A DNA stretch of 64,000 bases from Amphiscolops sp. MND2022 (lineage: Eukaryota), in contig OZ076409.1 in NCBI GenBank assembly GCA_964187785.1, positions 89,096,001-89,160,000 on the forward strand, written 5' to 3'. Both the position numbers and the translations under genes were made by a program. Within the stretch, counting starts at the first letter, position 1; every line of letters starts with the position of its first letter. The notes under the pieces were generated by a model. It was not told the DNA's origin and made no database searches. It was given only the letters and a program-made list of their open reading frames with translations. Positions 12,435-24,399 of this stretch are shown one piece after another.

Positions 12435-15400
12435 CTAGTATCTGTAATCGTCAGTGAAGTTGGGGGTGGGGTTAGGACGGAGGTAATATTTTCCTCGCCT
12501 AGGGTTTTTATTTTCTACAGTCATATCATCGTTTTCATCATCTAATACTTCGGGCACGATAGTATCACTCCCTCCTCGCAATTCTTGGTCGTCAAACTCG
12601 TCATTTATGCGTTCTGAACGGGTTTTTTCAAGCAAAACGAAGTCATCATTTTCGTGAGGCCCGGTGGACCTAAGGTCCACGTCGGTGAAAATTCGTCTTG
12701 CGCTCTGGCGTCATTTTCTTGAGGCCCGGTGGACCTAAAGTCCACGTCGGTGAAAATTTCGTCCGGCGCTCTGGCATCGTTGACGTAATCATTAGAAGTG
12801 TCTAGAGCTTCTCTACAAGTAGGAATTGTGTTTTCTTCAGTGGAATTGGGAAATTCTGCAAAGTTGGTGTCCAATGTGATGACATACAGGTCATCTTGTG
12901 GAATAATAATTTCATCGTCCGTTTGCAAATTGCCTTCCGGTCTGATGTCCTGTAGACAGACCGTGTTCGGTTCATATTTGCGTAGTCTGATGCGGTGTAA
13001 ATTTTGTGTTTTGTTGGAATTTAGTTCTCTAACTATATAATTTTGGTTCGGTAAAACTTTTTCCACAATGTAGGGTCCTGTCCATCGGTATTCACGGAAC
13101 GGAATTTTCGATCCTTGGTGATCAGCGATAGGTTGTAGTATAAAGCAATAATCATTTTGTTTCAAAGGGGCTGCTTTTGCCTTTGGGTCGTAATATTCTT
13201 TGTATTTCAAATATGATTGCATGATGTTTTTTGTAGAGTCTAGTATTATCTGCGTTCGGCGCTGTAGTTCGTCTGTAAAATCTGTAGTCGGTAGGATCTT
13301 CGGGTTTGGATTAAGGCCCAATTTGTGATCTAGGATGTTGTATAGTATTTTTCCATGAAAAATTCTGGATGGTTCACATTTGTGCCACTGTCGCCTGTAA
13401 TCCCCTGAGGCCATCTTGAGATTTGTTTTAAGAATAGCATGAGTACGTTCTAATTTGCCAATTGTTTGCGGATGTTTTGTAGTTGCGCATTTCATTTGAA
13501 TTCCCAAAGTTTGAGCTATTTCGGCGACTAATTTGGACGTAAAGGACGTCCCCTTGTCCGTTATCAGGGTAGTAGGCAAGTAAGTATGTTTGGTCATTAT
13601 TTCTATAATAACTTTAGCCGTGTTGGTGGCCGAAGCGTCGGTAACTGGATATGTAAAAAGATATCTTGAAAACACGTCCATTGCAGTTTTGATGTTCTCG
13701 TAACCTCCGCTGGGAGCAGGTTTGGTAGTAAATCAATTTGCATTGCATCTTCTGGGCCTAAGTCCCATTCAGGCAAACTTAGCAATTCGGGCGTTATGGA
13801 TGAGTTGGAAATTCTTTTATCTATTATGCAAATTTCACAGCCCTGAACTCATTTTTTAACAATTTTTGCAATGCCGGGATAGTAGTATTTTTCGCGAATT
13901 TCTATGAGCATCTTAGATATTCCAGGATGTTTATTAGCTTTGCCATGTAGGGATTCAAGTAGTTCTTGGACCAGATGTTTTGGTAGTAGCACTTGATTGT
14001 ATTTGACAGCTCCTGTTTCATCAATATACTGACTGGCAATAATTTCATCCACAACGGACAGTCGGTCCATTTGGCGACAGTAATGTTGGTAACGATTATC
14101 TTGCAGTAGGATGGTCTCAGAGTAGCTTTCTTTCAGTATTCTTAAGCGCAATTGTTGTAAAGTGACGTGGTTGTTTTGCTCTACTGCTATAGAGTTTGTG
14201 TAAGATAGTTGTTGAAGCGTGGAAAGTTTGTGATAGTCACTTTTGTGTGTGGCAAATTTTCCGAATGAAATATCAGGTAATTGATTTGCTGGATTGTCCC
14301 TGGCGTCTTTTTTACGTTGTAAAATTTGTTCTTCCGTCTCGTCATCGTCCTCCGTGTAGAAAGTTTGTTCCTCTTCCGACACTCCCGTCGATTGGACATG
14401 TAGTTCTGTCGGGGTGGTCGAAATGTCTTCTCTTATCTTGAGGATCATTCTTTCTTTTGGGGAGATTTCAAGTCGGGACAAGTAGTCTGCAGCCGTGTTG
14501 TTTTTGCCTGGTATATAAGCAATTGTGAAATTGAACTGAATGACGTAGTCAAATGCGTTCCATAGTGTTGGAGGAATGATTTTTGTTTGAAAAAATCTTG
14601 TGAATGATTTGTTGTCTGTAAGTATAATCACCGGTTTTGGGGTTCCCCAAAATATATGTCCGAATTCCTTGAAGGCAAAGAAAATCGCCAGGAAATTCTT
14701 TGCAAAGATGGACATTTTCAATTGGGTAGGACTAAAGGTCTTTGATCCATAAGCTACTGGTGCGAAAGCTTTCCTCGTAGAGGTATATTTCTCGAGGAGA
14801 TCGTCTTCGATGAGAACTGCGTACCCTGCGAATGAAGAGCTGGCATCCGTCTTAAGGGCTATCTGCTTATTCGGTAGGGGTTGTTTGAGTGCTAGTTCAT
14901 AACATCGATCAAAAACCTTGTTTATCTCAGCGAATTTTTCCAAGAAGTCCGGAGTCACAAGGACCTTTTCGTCTTTCGTAAGCAGTTTAAAAAACCGTGT
15001 TAGTTTTTCTGATAGTCTTGTGATATAGTTTCGATAATAGTTCAAAAATCCCAAGTAGCGTTGAAGTGTTTTCTTGGATTTTGGAAATTTGGTCTTTTCC
15101 AGGAAATTTTGGACCCGTGGTATCTGCGGCTTCACTCCAGTAGGAGTGATGGTACGACCCAGAAAGTCAATTTCCGTTGCGCAAATGCCATTTATGCATG
15201 GTAAGTTTTAGACCAGCCTTCTGAATGCATTGGAAAGTGGCCCTCAGGTTGTTGATGAGTTGGTCGGCGTCATTAGCCGCAATGCCAATATCATCGACCT
15301 AATGGGTACATCCATCTGCTTTGATGACTTTGTCTAAGTATTCGCGCATGAAACTAGAGAAGGCCAATAGGGCTCTGCTGAGTCCTTGTGCCAATCGTCT

Positions 15401-17480
15401 GTACGCGAAGGTTCTGTTGGCGAAATTGAAAGCAAGCATTTCAAAGTACCATGGTCCGCCATTTGTAGGCAATGATATGCTTGAGAGCAGTCAAACTTGC
15501 AAAATAGCTTTTTCCCGGCCATATGTTGGGCTGCGTCTGTAAGTGTGCTCACTGGATGGTTTTTGTTGATATAATCGTCCGAAATAAGATTATTGATTTT
15601 ACGCAAATCGACTAAGAGTCGCAGTTTGCCATTGGGTTTCTTCTGGGCAAATATTGGGCTTGCGTATTTGGAGAATGGGAGTGTTGTAATGATCCCATAA
15701 CGATGTAGTAGTGCCAATTCTACAAGGATATCTTCCTTGAGGTTTATTGGTGTCGGCAGATTCTGACTATAGGCTGGGGAATCGTCTTTTGGCGTCAACT
15801 TGATCTTGCAATTCTCGTTCATGCCTATGTCAAATCGGTGTCTAGCGAATATGTCATGAAATTCGACAAGTAAATCTTCTATGCGAGCTATTTCAGCTGG
15901 TTGTAGCATAGAATCCGTCCAATCAAAATTGGACAAGAATTGTCGTCTGGACTCAGGGTCATCCTGAGGATTAAGTTGCTCTAACTCCTGAAGGTTGATG
16001 AGCTCGGACAAGATCCTTTTCTGGATTGGTGTGTAGTGCTGAGGGTCCCCAGGGTCTTCTTGTGTGGGAAACCAGTAGTTCTCCTTGAAGTCCTCAGGTT
16101 TTGTAGATTTGATCAAGCTGCTTGCAGAGTGAGCAGCATTCTCAGGGTTAGCCTGCAGTAGGTGCCATGTGGTCACTGGGTCTATAGGTTTAACATATTC
16201 CATCTGTTCTGGTGTCAGAACAGCGAAAGTGGCTACTTGTGTGCCCTTTTGAGGGTACACGGACTGTCAGTAAAATTGTTCAAATGAACTGATGCTTGAC
16301 CATTGGTCAAAGTGACTAGAGCAGCACAGAAGGCGATGTCGCCATCATCTGTGAGGTTGTGGCTCGGTTGAAGGATCCCAGTCACTGTAGTGTCTTTGTA
16401 CAGTTGGGAAGCCAGCTGGACCGAGTGTCGGTCATTAGGTGGGATGGTTGCATCCTCTCTAATGCAAATGGGTTCCATGACGTTGGTATATTTGTGATCT
16501 GCAGTTTTTAATTGCATCGAAAAGAAAGAAAAATTCAGGACGCCTTGTCTCATGTCCAGAATGGTGTTGTTCCGTTGAAGGAACGAGTGACCAATCAGTG
16601 GACTGGTGAGTTTTTTCATGACTATGAAAATCTCGGGGAATTCTATGTCGCCGACTTCGAACTTCAGCTCAACCGTGCTCTTCGGAGTTTCCAGCTGTCC
16701 ATTAGCGACCATAATTTGGAAGTTGGGTGCTGGGCCCTCTTTGACAATAGACTGAGGGGCTAGTAATCGGATTTCACGTAGATCAGCTTCGGGGATTGCG
16801 CTAGATAGGGCTCCCGTGTCTACAAGGCCATCGAAGGTTAGTTCGCCGAAATCCATTGGAAAATAGAGCATTCGTCGTTTGTATTTGAGGCCAGGATTGG
16901 TTGTCAGCGGTACATAGTCTGGTTCCCCTGTTCTGGTAACTAGTGTGTTCACAAAGCGTGCTGTAACGGCTGTAGCCAAGGAGACCTGTGGTCCCACACG
17001 GTGAAATTCACCGTCAGCATCAGAGTGAGTCGTTTGATGAGTGAGGTATGGGCCATGTTGCCATGGGTCAACGCGGACCTTTGTGAGGACCGTATTCAAT
17101 GCTTGATCAGTTACAGAGAAATCTGGCTCTATGTTCCGGTCTAGTTTGTTAAAAATTTGGTAGAACTTTAGATGATGTTGTTTGCAGCAAATAGAGTCCC
17201 AATATGGGTCCAAACCATAGTCAGGGTCAGGGTAAAACGGGTTATAGTCATCAATAAGTGCAATAGGTTGTATAGTCGAAGTATTGTTTTGTAGTTTGTT
17301 GGACATAGAATCCAGCATTGTGGAAAAGGTAGGTGGAATCTTCATCTGCTGCTGCCAGTCAGTTGATAGTGTTTCTTTAAGGGAGGTATAATATTCGGTA
17401 TAATATATGTTTGAAGGGTCAGATATTATGTATTGTCGGACACGGAGTTTTTCATTAATTTGGAGTCGTGGCAAATCTAG
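12435..17480 (-). pseudogene. pol of Gypsy-A (PR, RT, RNase H, IN), disrupted
   Basis: LVDTGA protease; LRLLVDLRKIN; YVDD motif mutated to *VDD; TDAS RNase H; integrase D..TDKG..ERTH; GPY module. Confidence 0.9.
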
Positions 17481-19241
17481 CTCTTTGGGTTTTTTTAAAA
17501 TTGATGTCGTCGGGTTATTTTTTACTTCTTCTTTGCTGGTGGGCGTATCAGCAACTGTAGTGTCCTCCAGTTTGAGGTTTTTGGGCTTGAGGTGGGCTCC
17601 GGCGCCTTTCCAACATCGTTCCGCCAGGTGGTTCGTTTTGTCGCAAGTTGGACATTTTGGATATTCTTTCTTGGTATCCTGCCCGTCATTGCGGCGTTGT
17701 TCTTCCTTTCTTTTGAGTTTTCAGCAGTCATCCTTGACATGTCCGGGATTCTTGCAATAGTTGCAAGTATTGTTTGGGTCGATACCCGAAGAAAGAAGGC
17801 CAGTTCCCGGTCGTGTTGCTGTAGGGGCAGTGGACATTGTTGGTACTGGAATGTCGTCCCCCTGCTCAAGTCCATTGAGTTCAAGCTCTCGTTCTAAGTG
17901 GGTGACTACTTCCTCGTAGATGGCGTTTTCGAGTCTAGCCATATTGACTGAGCGTTTCAATTTGGGCGGCAGTTTGGCGTAGAGGAGACTATCAATCATT
18001 GCCTGGGCGTCTTCGCCAAACGCTTTTTCAGCTCCTTGATTTAACTCCTCAAGGAAATCTGGCAGCTTCATGGTGTTTGGATCAAACACCAATCTGTGCC
18101 ATTTGTGTTTGGCGGTCGCCTGGGACTCAGGATTGACGTATTTTCGGCGAAATACCGCCAAGATGTCCTCCAAGGTTTGCCTGTTTGCCGTATTGATGTT
18201 AAGGAAAGTTTGTAACGCATTCTTGCGTAATAATGAATGAAAATGGTTTATTTTCATGGTTTCGGTCATATCAGGTTGCATTTTCATGATAGTGTGGAAG
18301 AGATCTTCGAAGAGTTCGAATTTCTCGGATTTGCTGTCGAACGTCAGCGTAGTTGTGCTGACTGGGCGTACCATCAGTGTTTGTGCTGATGAACAATTGT
18401 TCATGCCAACTAATAGTTCAGCAAGACGGTTGATAGTATCTGTAAGGGTAGTTTGGCCTGCAGGTTCTTGGACCTGTGGACTATGGTCCAAAAACTCATC
18501 TGTGTTAGAGGTTTGACGCTGCAGGGGTTCACGGGATTGCATGGGCCGTCCAGTGAGAAACTCAGGAACCGTATGGGGGGTAAAGTTGGCTCCTGTCACC
18601 ATGTAGCAATTTTGTTCGCTGCTAATGGAGTCTTCAGAACTTTGTCGAGTCATTTATCTATTGTTTTCTTGCATAAAACACGTTTCGCGACGTTTATCCC
18701 ACGTTTTCTGGCTATTTTCTGCTTCGGGGTTCCGTTATAGCTCACTGGACCTTAGGTCCTGTACTGTGTAATTTGTCATTTTTAGGCCCTGGTTTAGCCC
18801 GTTGGACGCTCGGTCCACCACGGTGGAATTAGCTCTGCCCTGCATATCTAACGTATTTTGGATGGAAGGAGGCACTGTACTTGTTATTGCAGCTGTAATT
18901 GCATCCTGAATTTGGGAATTCAAACTAGTTTTGATCTCAATGAGTTTTGTAGTCGTTTGGTTAGAAATTTCTGCATTAATCAATCTAGTTGTTTCAATAG
19001 TTATTTCACTGTTCTCTCTACGGTTTGTGAGTAATGACCTAAAGTCCTCGCCAGTTACATTAGAAGCCAGTTGAGGCCTACTTGACTCTGAGTCCAAATT
19101 CATCTCATTTTCACAATGATCATTCTCCTGATCATTCCTTGAGTAATTCCCCAACATCACATCTACATTTTCTACATCAGGCATAATGTCTAGTTGTCTA
19201 GAACGTCTCTCCTTAGCCTTTTGCTTTCTGGTGGAGGGCAT
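17480..19241 (-). pseudogene. gag of Gypsy-A, starting inside the 5' LTR; contains stops and frameshifts
   Basis: MPSTRKQKAKERRSRQL...; capsid-like KFELFEDLFHT...LERELELNG; zinc knuckles CNYCKNPGHVKDDC and CPTCDKTNHLAERC. Confidence 0.85.
18586..18601 (-). promoter_or_regulatory. Primer-binding site TGGTGACAGGAGCCAA
   Basis: TGG directly after the LTR-terminal CA; identical 16-mer at 44006-44021 in Gypsy-B. Confidence 0.8.
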
Positions 19242-19930
19242 TGAAGAAGTACTACTTTAAGCAAAATTGAATTGAAGAACGAATAGTACAATTGAATGAA
19301 ACGGTTAAGACAAACACAATATCAGATTCAACTGGTCAGGTTTAGCAACTTGTTTGTAGTTCAGGTTATCAAAAGGTTGTCCTTTGGGTCTCGTTCTCTC
19401 CCTATTTATAGTTGAGGGGAGGTGACAACCCGGAAATTGCGTGTCATGTTACTTAATTTAGATATGATAAACTAAAAATAGCATCAAATCAAGATACGTC
19501 ACCATGACGTCATTGCATCAAAGAGAAAGGTGGGGGGCTTTGACGGTTAAGCCGACAAAGTAGGAAAAATGTTTACGGAGCTCTGTAAGTACATTCAATA
19601 CCGATCTACAATACTACATGTGTCTAAAATACGTAATTTCATGTTATCACAGTGTCTCACCGTAGCAGATTTTAAGTCCGCGTAGCCACACTCAAATACA
19701 GCACTAGCAGCACTTGCGCGCTTATTCCACCGTGGCAGACATTTTGTCCACGGAGCGTCACTAATATACTGCATTCTGATTGGACTAAAAAACTTGTACA
19801 GCGAGTACAATAAGCTAGAAGAAGCGCTCATTTGAACGCGTTTCCTCTTCCGCATACAATTGCATTGTATTACTTCATTGATTTTACATACCATTTGCCA
19901 AATTGCATTAATATTCCAATAATAAAACAG
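18602..19930 (-). repeat. 5' LTR of Gypsy-A, lacking ~255 bp of U3
   Basis: Similarity to the 3' LTR stops at aataaaacag (19930 vs 8959); ends ...gctaca immediately before the PBS. Confidence 0.8.
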
Positions 19931-20442
19931 TGTCAACATCGCCTAATGTGAAAAATGAACATTTGCAATAGGACGCTAATTGAAAAGCAAAGTAAACAAT
20001 CTGTGAATTTAGAAATGTGGAATACTTATAATCTATTTCCGCGTGCGGAAGCAGTTATTTGATTTGAATGTCAAAAGTTAATTGATTCTTTGAAATTGAT
20101 CCTTTTGACAAAATCCTTCAAATCCAAGGAAATACAAAAAAATAATTCGAAAAAAGAATCAGATTTTTATCCTAACACTGGACCTGTGATCGGCTCAAAT
20201 TTTAGAACGATAGCCGAGACGGTTCAGTTAACATTTGATATGCTTCACTGAAGCGGAAACGTTTTTAATAACTGAGTGACTATAGTTTGTCTTTAACTCC
20301 GCTTAGAGCTTAACGGAGTTCTAACCGGCAATGTATCGTTCGTAGATACAAAAGGTCGAATGTGGCTCTATTGCCCTCAGCCTATAAAGCTGGCTGCTCT
20401 AATTATTTGAAAATTTTTGTTTGTGTTGCATGTCGCATCAAC

Positions 20443-20634
20443 CCGCGTTTGGAACAAAAATTCATGATTCCAGGCTGATCATACTCTGGACCATGCATGA
20501 TTCCAGGCCGATCATATTCTGGACCATATATGATTCCAGGCCGATCATGGCAAGATCATAGTAAGGAAATTTGTATGATTTGTATGGTGCCATAATATGA
20601 TCAGATTATGATCGGCCTGGTCGGGAAACCCGGG
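20443..20634. repeat. Small MITE-like repeat with internal ~34-bp tandem units
   Basis: Three copies of atgattccaggc(c/t)gatcat, plus an inverted atgatcggcctgg near the right end. Confidence 0.45.
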
Positions 20635-20662
20635 TATCTATTTGCTCGTGCAATGTTGATAG

Positions 20663-20900
20663 GTTGTGGGAAAACATAACGTACAGAAGAGAGTGCCACT
20701 CGAACCCGTGCAAGAATGCGGACGAGAACTTCTGTATGGACAACCCGTACCACAAGGGGCACCACATCTGTGTGACGTGTTGCACCACTGGCCTCTGCAA
20801 CAACAAGATGCTCTCCCCTCAGGTGGCCTCGGCCTCCCCCCTACAAGCTGTCTTACCATTGCTCAGCACACTTTTGACTCTCGTGTTGCTGTTTGTTTGA
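20663..20900 (+). CDS. Host gene 1 last exon: C-half of the Ly6/uPAR domain and GPI-anchor signal
   Basis: gatag acceptor, phase 2 matches the 4554 donor; RECHSNPC...C...CVTCCTTGLCN carries the LU CCxxxxCN signature; hydrophobic C-terminal tail. Confidence 0.85.
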
Positions 20901-21576
20901 AACAACCAATAGAAATTCATTAGCTTTCTAGAGCAAATCCCAATGAAACACTTCTTCCTTCCGTCGTTGAAACACTTGCTCACTTAATCTCAGTTGAGTT
21001 TCCGGTGGATACAATGATGCCTTCTTTTCGATAGTTTTCCTAGTTTTCATGTTTTAAACAGAGAAGTGAGAATTTGTAACACTTCGAATCTATAAGAGAA
21101 CAGTAGAGTCTATTTCGGAAGTCTTGTCGGATCGGATTGAACTTTGAACCCAACCAACTCGACTGCAGGATCCCTGTTATATGAATGTAATCAATTAAAT
21201 TATTGTAAATTTTTGTGGAGTCTATTTTCATCTTATAAAATATATTGTGTGGTTTATTGGTTTCAAAAATTGAGCTAATGAAACATAGCTTAGAAGCAGA
21301 TAAAACGTCCGGATTTTCGTTGAAATCAAAATCGAGGGGTATGAGCCTAATAGCATCCCTTTCGTTTGGAATTTCAATTGAAAAAAATCAGGTTGAGCAT
21401 GGTTGCTAAATGCCCCCATTAAAACTTACATCGTATAAATTGGCTACACTGAATTTTTGAAAAGAGATAATTGTAGACTTTTTACTAATACAACACTGTG
21501 AACAAGAAATCCTCCCACTAAGTGCTGAGTGTCGTTATCATGATACGCTTTATTAGTTAGCGCTTTTTGTGAAATA

Positions 21577-21813
21577 AAAAATGTCCGAATCTTACAGTGA
21601 CTTTTTTTCTGCGGGAAAATTAAAAAAAAACATGGCAACTGACTGTGTTGAAACAAAGAGCTTGAAACTTCATTAGCCAGAAAAACTGGATATACATATC
21701 CAGTTTTTCTGGCTAATGAAGTTTCAAGCTATTTGTTTCAACACAGTCAGTTGCCATGTTTTTTTTTTAATTTTCCCGCAGAAAAAAGGTCACTGTAAGA
21801 TTCGGACATTTTT
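21577..21813. repeat. Near-perfect palindrome (~237 bp)
   Basis: Centre ctggatat-ac-atatccag near 21694. Confidence 0.9.
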
Positions 21814-21834
21814 CCCATGTCCCATATTTTTTCC

Positions 21835-22611
21835 CAATATTTTACCATGCGCAAATCGAAATAGTTCGAACCAAACTAATCAAAAATCAAGATCGCGTTG
21901 GATACAATTATAGAGACCGGATGATACTAATGAAATGATTCAGGAAAGTGGGAGAAAAACGCTTACCTTATAGGTAAGCATCTTCTTAAATTCCCTAATC
22001 GGAAGCCCAAAAAAGGACCTGATTCCTAAGTTTGTGAAAATTTTGTAGAAAAAAATTGTTTCAAATTAATGCCAAGTAGTGAAGAAATTTCCCGTTCCAT
22101 TGGAATCATCGATGTTACCTATTTTTCCGAAACAATGTTTTGTTTTGTCCTGCCCTCTTGTAGTTATTCATCTAGTTCTTTCGAGCATTTTCATGACACT
22201 GCTGATTCTTTGATATATCAAAGAATCAGCAGTGTCATGAAAATAATCGAAAGAACTAGATGAATAACTACAAAAGGGCAGGACAAAACAAAACATTGTT
22301 TTGGAAAAATATGTAGCATCGATGATTCCAATGGAACGGGAAATTTCTTCACTACTTGGCATTAATTTGAAACAATTTTTTTCTACAAAATTTTCACAAA
22401 CTTAGGAACCAGGTCCTTTTTTGGGCTTCCGATTAGGGAATTTTAGAAGATGCTTACTTATAGCGTAAGTAAAAAACGGGTAAGCGTTTTTCTCCCACTT
22501 TCCTGAATCATTTCATTAGTATCATCCGGTCTCTATAATTGTATCCAACGCGATCTTGATTTTTGATTAGTTTGGTTCGAACTATTTCGATTTGCGCATG
22601 GGAAAATATTG
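21835..22611. repeat. Spacerless palindrome (~780 bp)
   Basis: Centre tgata|tatca at 22215/22216; the mirrored ORFs 22069+ and 22362- reflect this; ~15-bp indel in the right arm. Confidence 0.92.
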
Positions 22612-23025
22612 CTGAATATGCATTGATTGCTTTTGGTGTTCGACTTTTATAAACTGAACAAAATCCGCTAGTAATGGACCAGTGCTATTTCAGTATTTCA
22701 GATACACAGAATGCATGCAGATACAAATATCCAATTCACAGACTCGCAAGTTCAGACAATTGCGCACGTTTTATAAAGTATTCCCAGCAAATCCGTCACT
22801 GCGCACACGCTTTCCGGGGCGTCTTGACAATTCATTCCTTAAAGCTGGCAAACTTTCAGAATTGCCTATTTCATTTTGGTGTCAACTTTGCGTTCTTATG
22901 ACTTGAAAATGCAGGTACTATTTATAATTGAACTCTCTTTGAACAAGAACTTAAATAGTTTTCACATAAGTACATAACTCAGATCGAGGTTTTAACTGCA
23001 ATAAACCCACTTCTTGTCAGAAATC

Positions 23026-23260
23026 ATGACCTCAGAGAAAATTGAAACTCCGATAGAGGAAATTCCACCAACTGCTTTAACAATACCCCTTACCAAAGAG
23101 GATGCTCCAACGGGGGTGTCTGTTAGCAGTCTAGTCGAGCAACTGACAGCTGTGGATGACAGAGTGAGAAGTTTGAGAAAAGAACTTTCAGAGCTGAGGT
23201 CTCAGAGTTTTGTACTGAATCACACCGTGGAGAGATTGCAGATCATTATAAAGAAAGCAG
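23026..23260 (+). CDS. Host gene 2, coding exon 1: uncharacterised coiled-coil protein
   Basis: Acceptor ttgtcag at 23020 and ATG at 23026; LVEQLTAVDDRVRSLRKELSEL heptads; gcag|gtaaca donor, phase 1. Confidence 0.6.
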
Positions 23261-24011
23261 GTAACATTTCAAAACCTACCATAATCAAGTGTCGAAAAAA
23301 ACTGCGAGGAGTTTTGATGCAAATTTCATAGTTGCATTTGATTTCTCAACAAAATTCACGTCCATATCGGCTTATACTAAAACTTCAAATGTCAAATTTT
23401 TGAATAATTTGATATATCAGCAGTATTGTTGTGTTTTCCGCCGGTATTTTTATATGGGTACGAAAAACTATTGTGTCGCGTTTCCTTTCTTCCCCAGTTT
23501 TTTAGTTTCAACTCCATACCCAAATTGTAAACGTAGAGAATTCAACTGCCATAAACTTTGGTAGTTGCCGAGATAGCTGAGTTTTTTGGGCGAAACGTGC
23601 CTGGAAAATGTGCCCTAAATGACTCCAAAAAAAGACCATTTAGACAACGTCTCAGCAACTTTTGTACTGTTTTTCCAACATTTTTGTTGAGACGTACAAA
23701 AGTTTCTCGAACGCAGTTGCAATAAATTTTCCCTTTGTTGGTGAACAAGTTCCTAAAATCTCACTTTTCAAATCTCGATACCAAAACTTGCTAGAATTCT
23801 ATTTTCAGAAAGAAAACTGACCAATCATGAGGAGTATCTATTGGCAATGTATTGCTGGGTATTAGGTTTTCAATAAAAAGCAGGCTAAATTATTTTTCAA
23901 AGTTTTCCCAGAAGGCAAAAATATGAAATATACTGTTTCTCACCCTTGCTTCAAAGGCTCGACCTAGTCTGTCGAGAATTTTTTATTTTTCGTGTTTTCA
24001 AGAAAAAAGCA

Positions 24012-24088
24012 CTATTGGCAGACAATGGTAGAAGAAGTTCTCGAACAGTTTAGGCTCGAGAATTTGTTCTACCATTGTCTGCCAATAG
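24012..24088. repeat. Hairpin/inverted repeat with a short loop
   Basis: ctattggcagacaatggtagaa...ttctaccattgtctgccaatag. Confidence 0.8.
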
Positions 24089-24399
24089 CTGCTAGATGCT
24101 GGTAAAACAAGGAAAGTATTTTTTATTTAGACTTGATGGTAACGCGAGTTTTCTTCAAGAGGTTCGAGTCCCGCGCTACCAACTCCTTTGAAGCTTTCAA
24201 AGGAATAGGGAAAAATAAAGGGTCCCCCAATTGGGGTTGCTTCAGCACTGTGCTACTTTTGTCGAAAATTTTTCTAACTACCGAAGGGTCTCCAACTCGA
24301 ATGACTCAATACCAACGCGGTGTACCGAAAAGTTCAAGTCCTTATTGAAATAAATTACGACTGATATAATGATAATTTTTTTGTTTTCAGTTGCCCAGT

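Larger units (their letters stand above)
7643..19930 (-). mobile_element. Gypsy-A: Ty3/Gypsy LTR retrotransposon, degenerate, 5' LTR truncated, inside the last intron of host gene 1
   Basis: Long direct repeats 7643-8959 and 18602-19930; gag-PR-RT-RH-IN order; PBS next to the 5' LTR. Confidence 0.93.

Noticed and set aside
12644..12775. Tandem ~57-bp duplication near the end of Gypsy-A pol
   Set aside because: Local duplication in the disordered integrase tail; no evidence of function.
19915..19945. TSD for Gypsy-A
   Set aside because: The 5' LTR is truncated, and no match to the 7638-7642 flank was found.
22069..22362. Pair of near-identical 64-aa ORFs on opposite strands
   Set aside because: Artefact of the palindrome symmetry; the same applies to 21444-21913.
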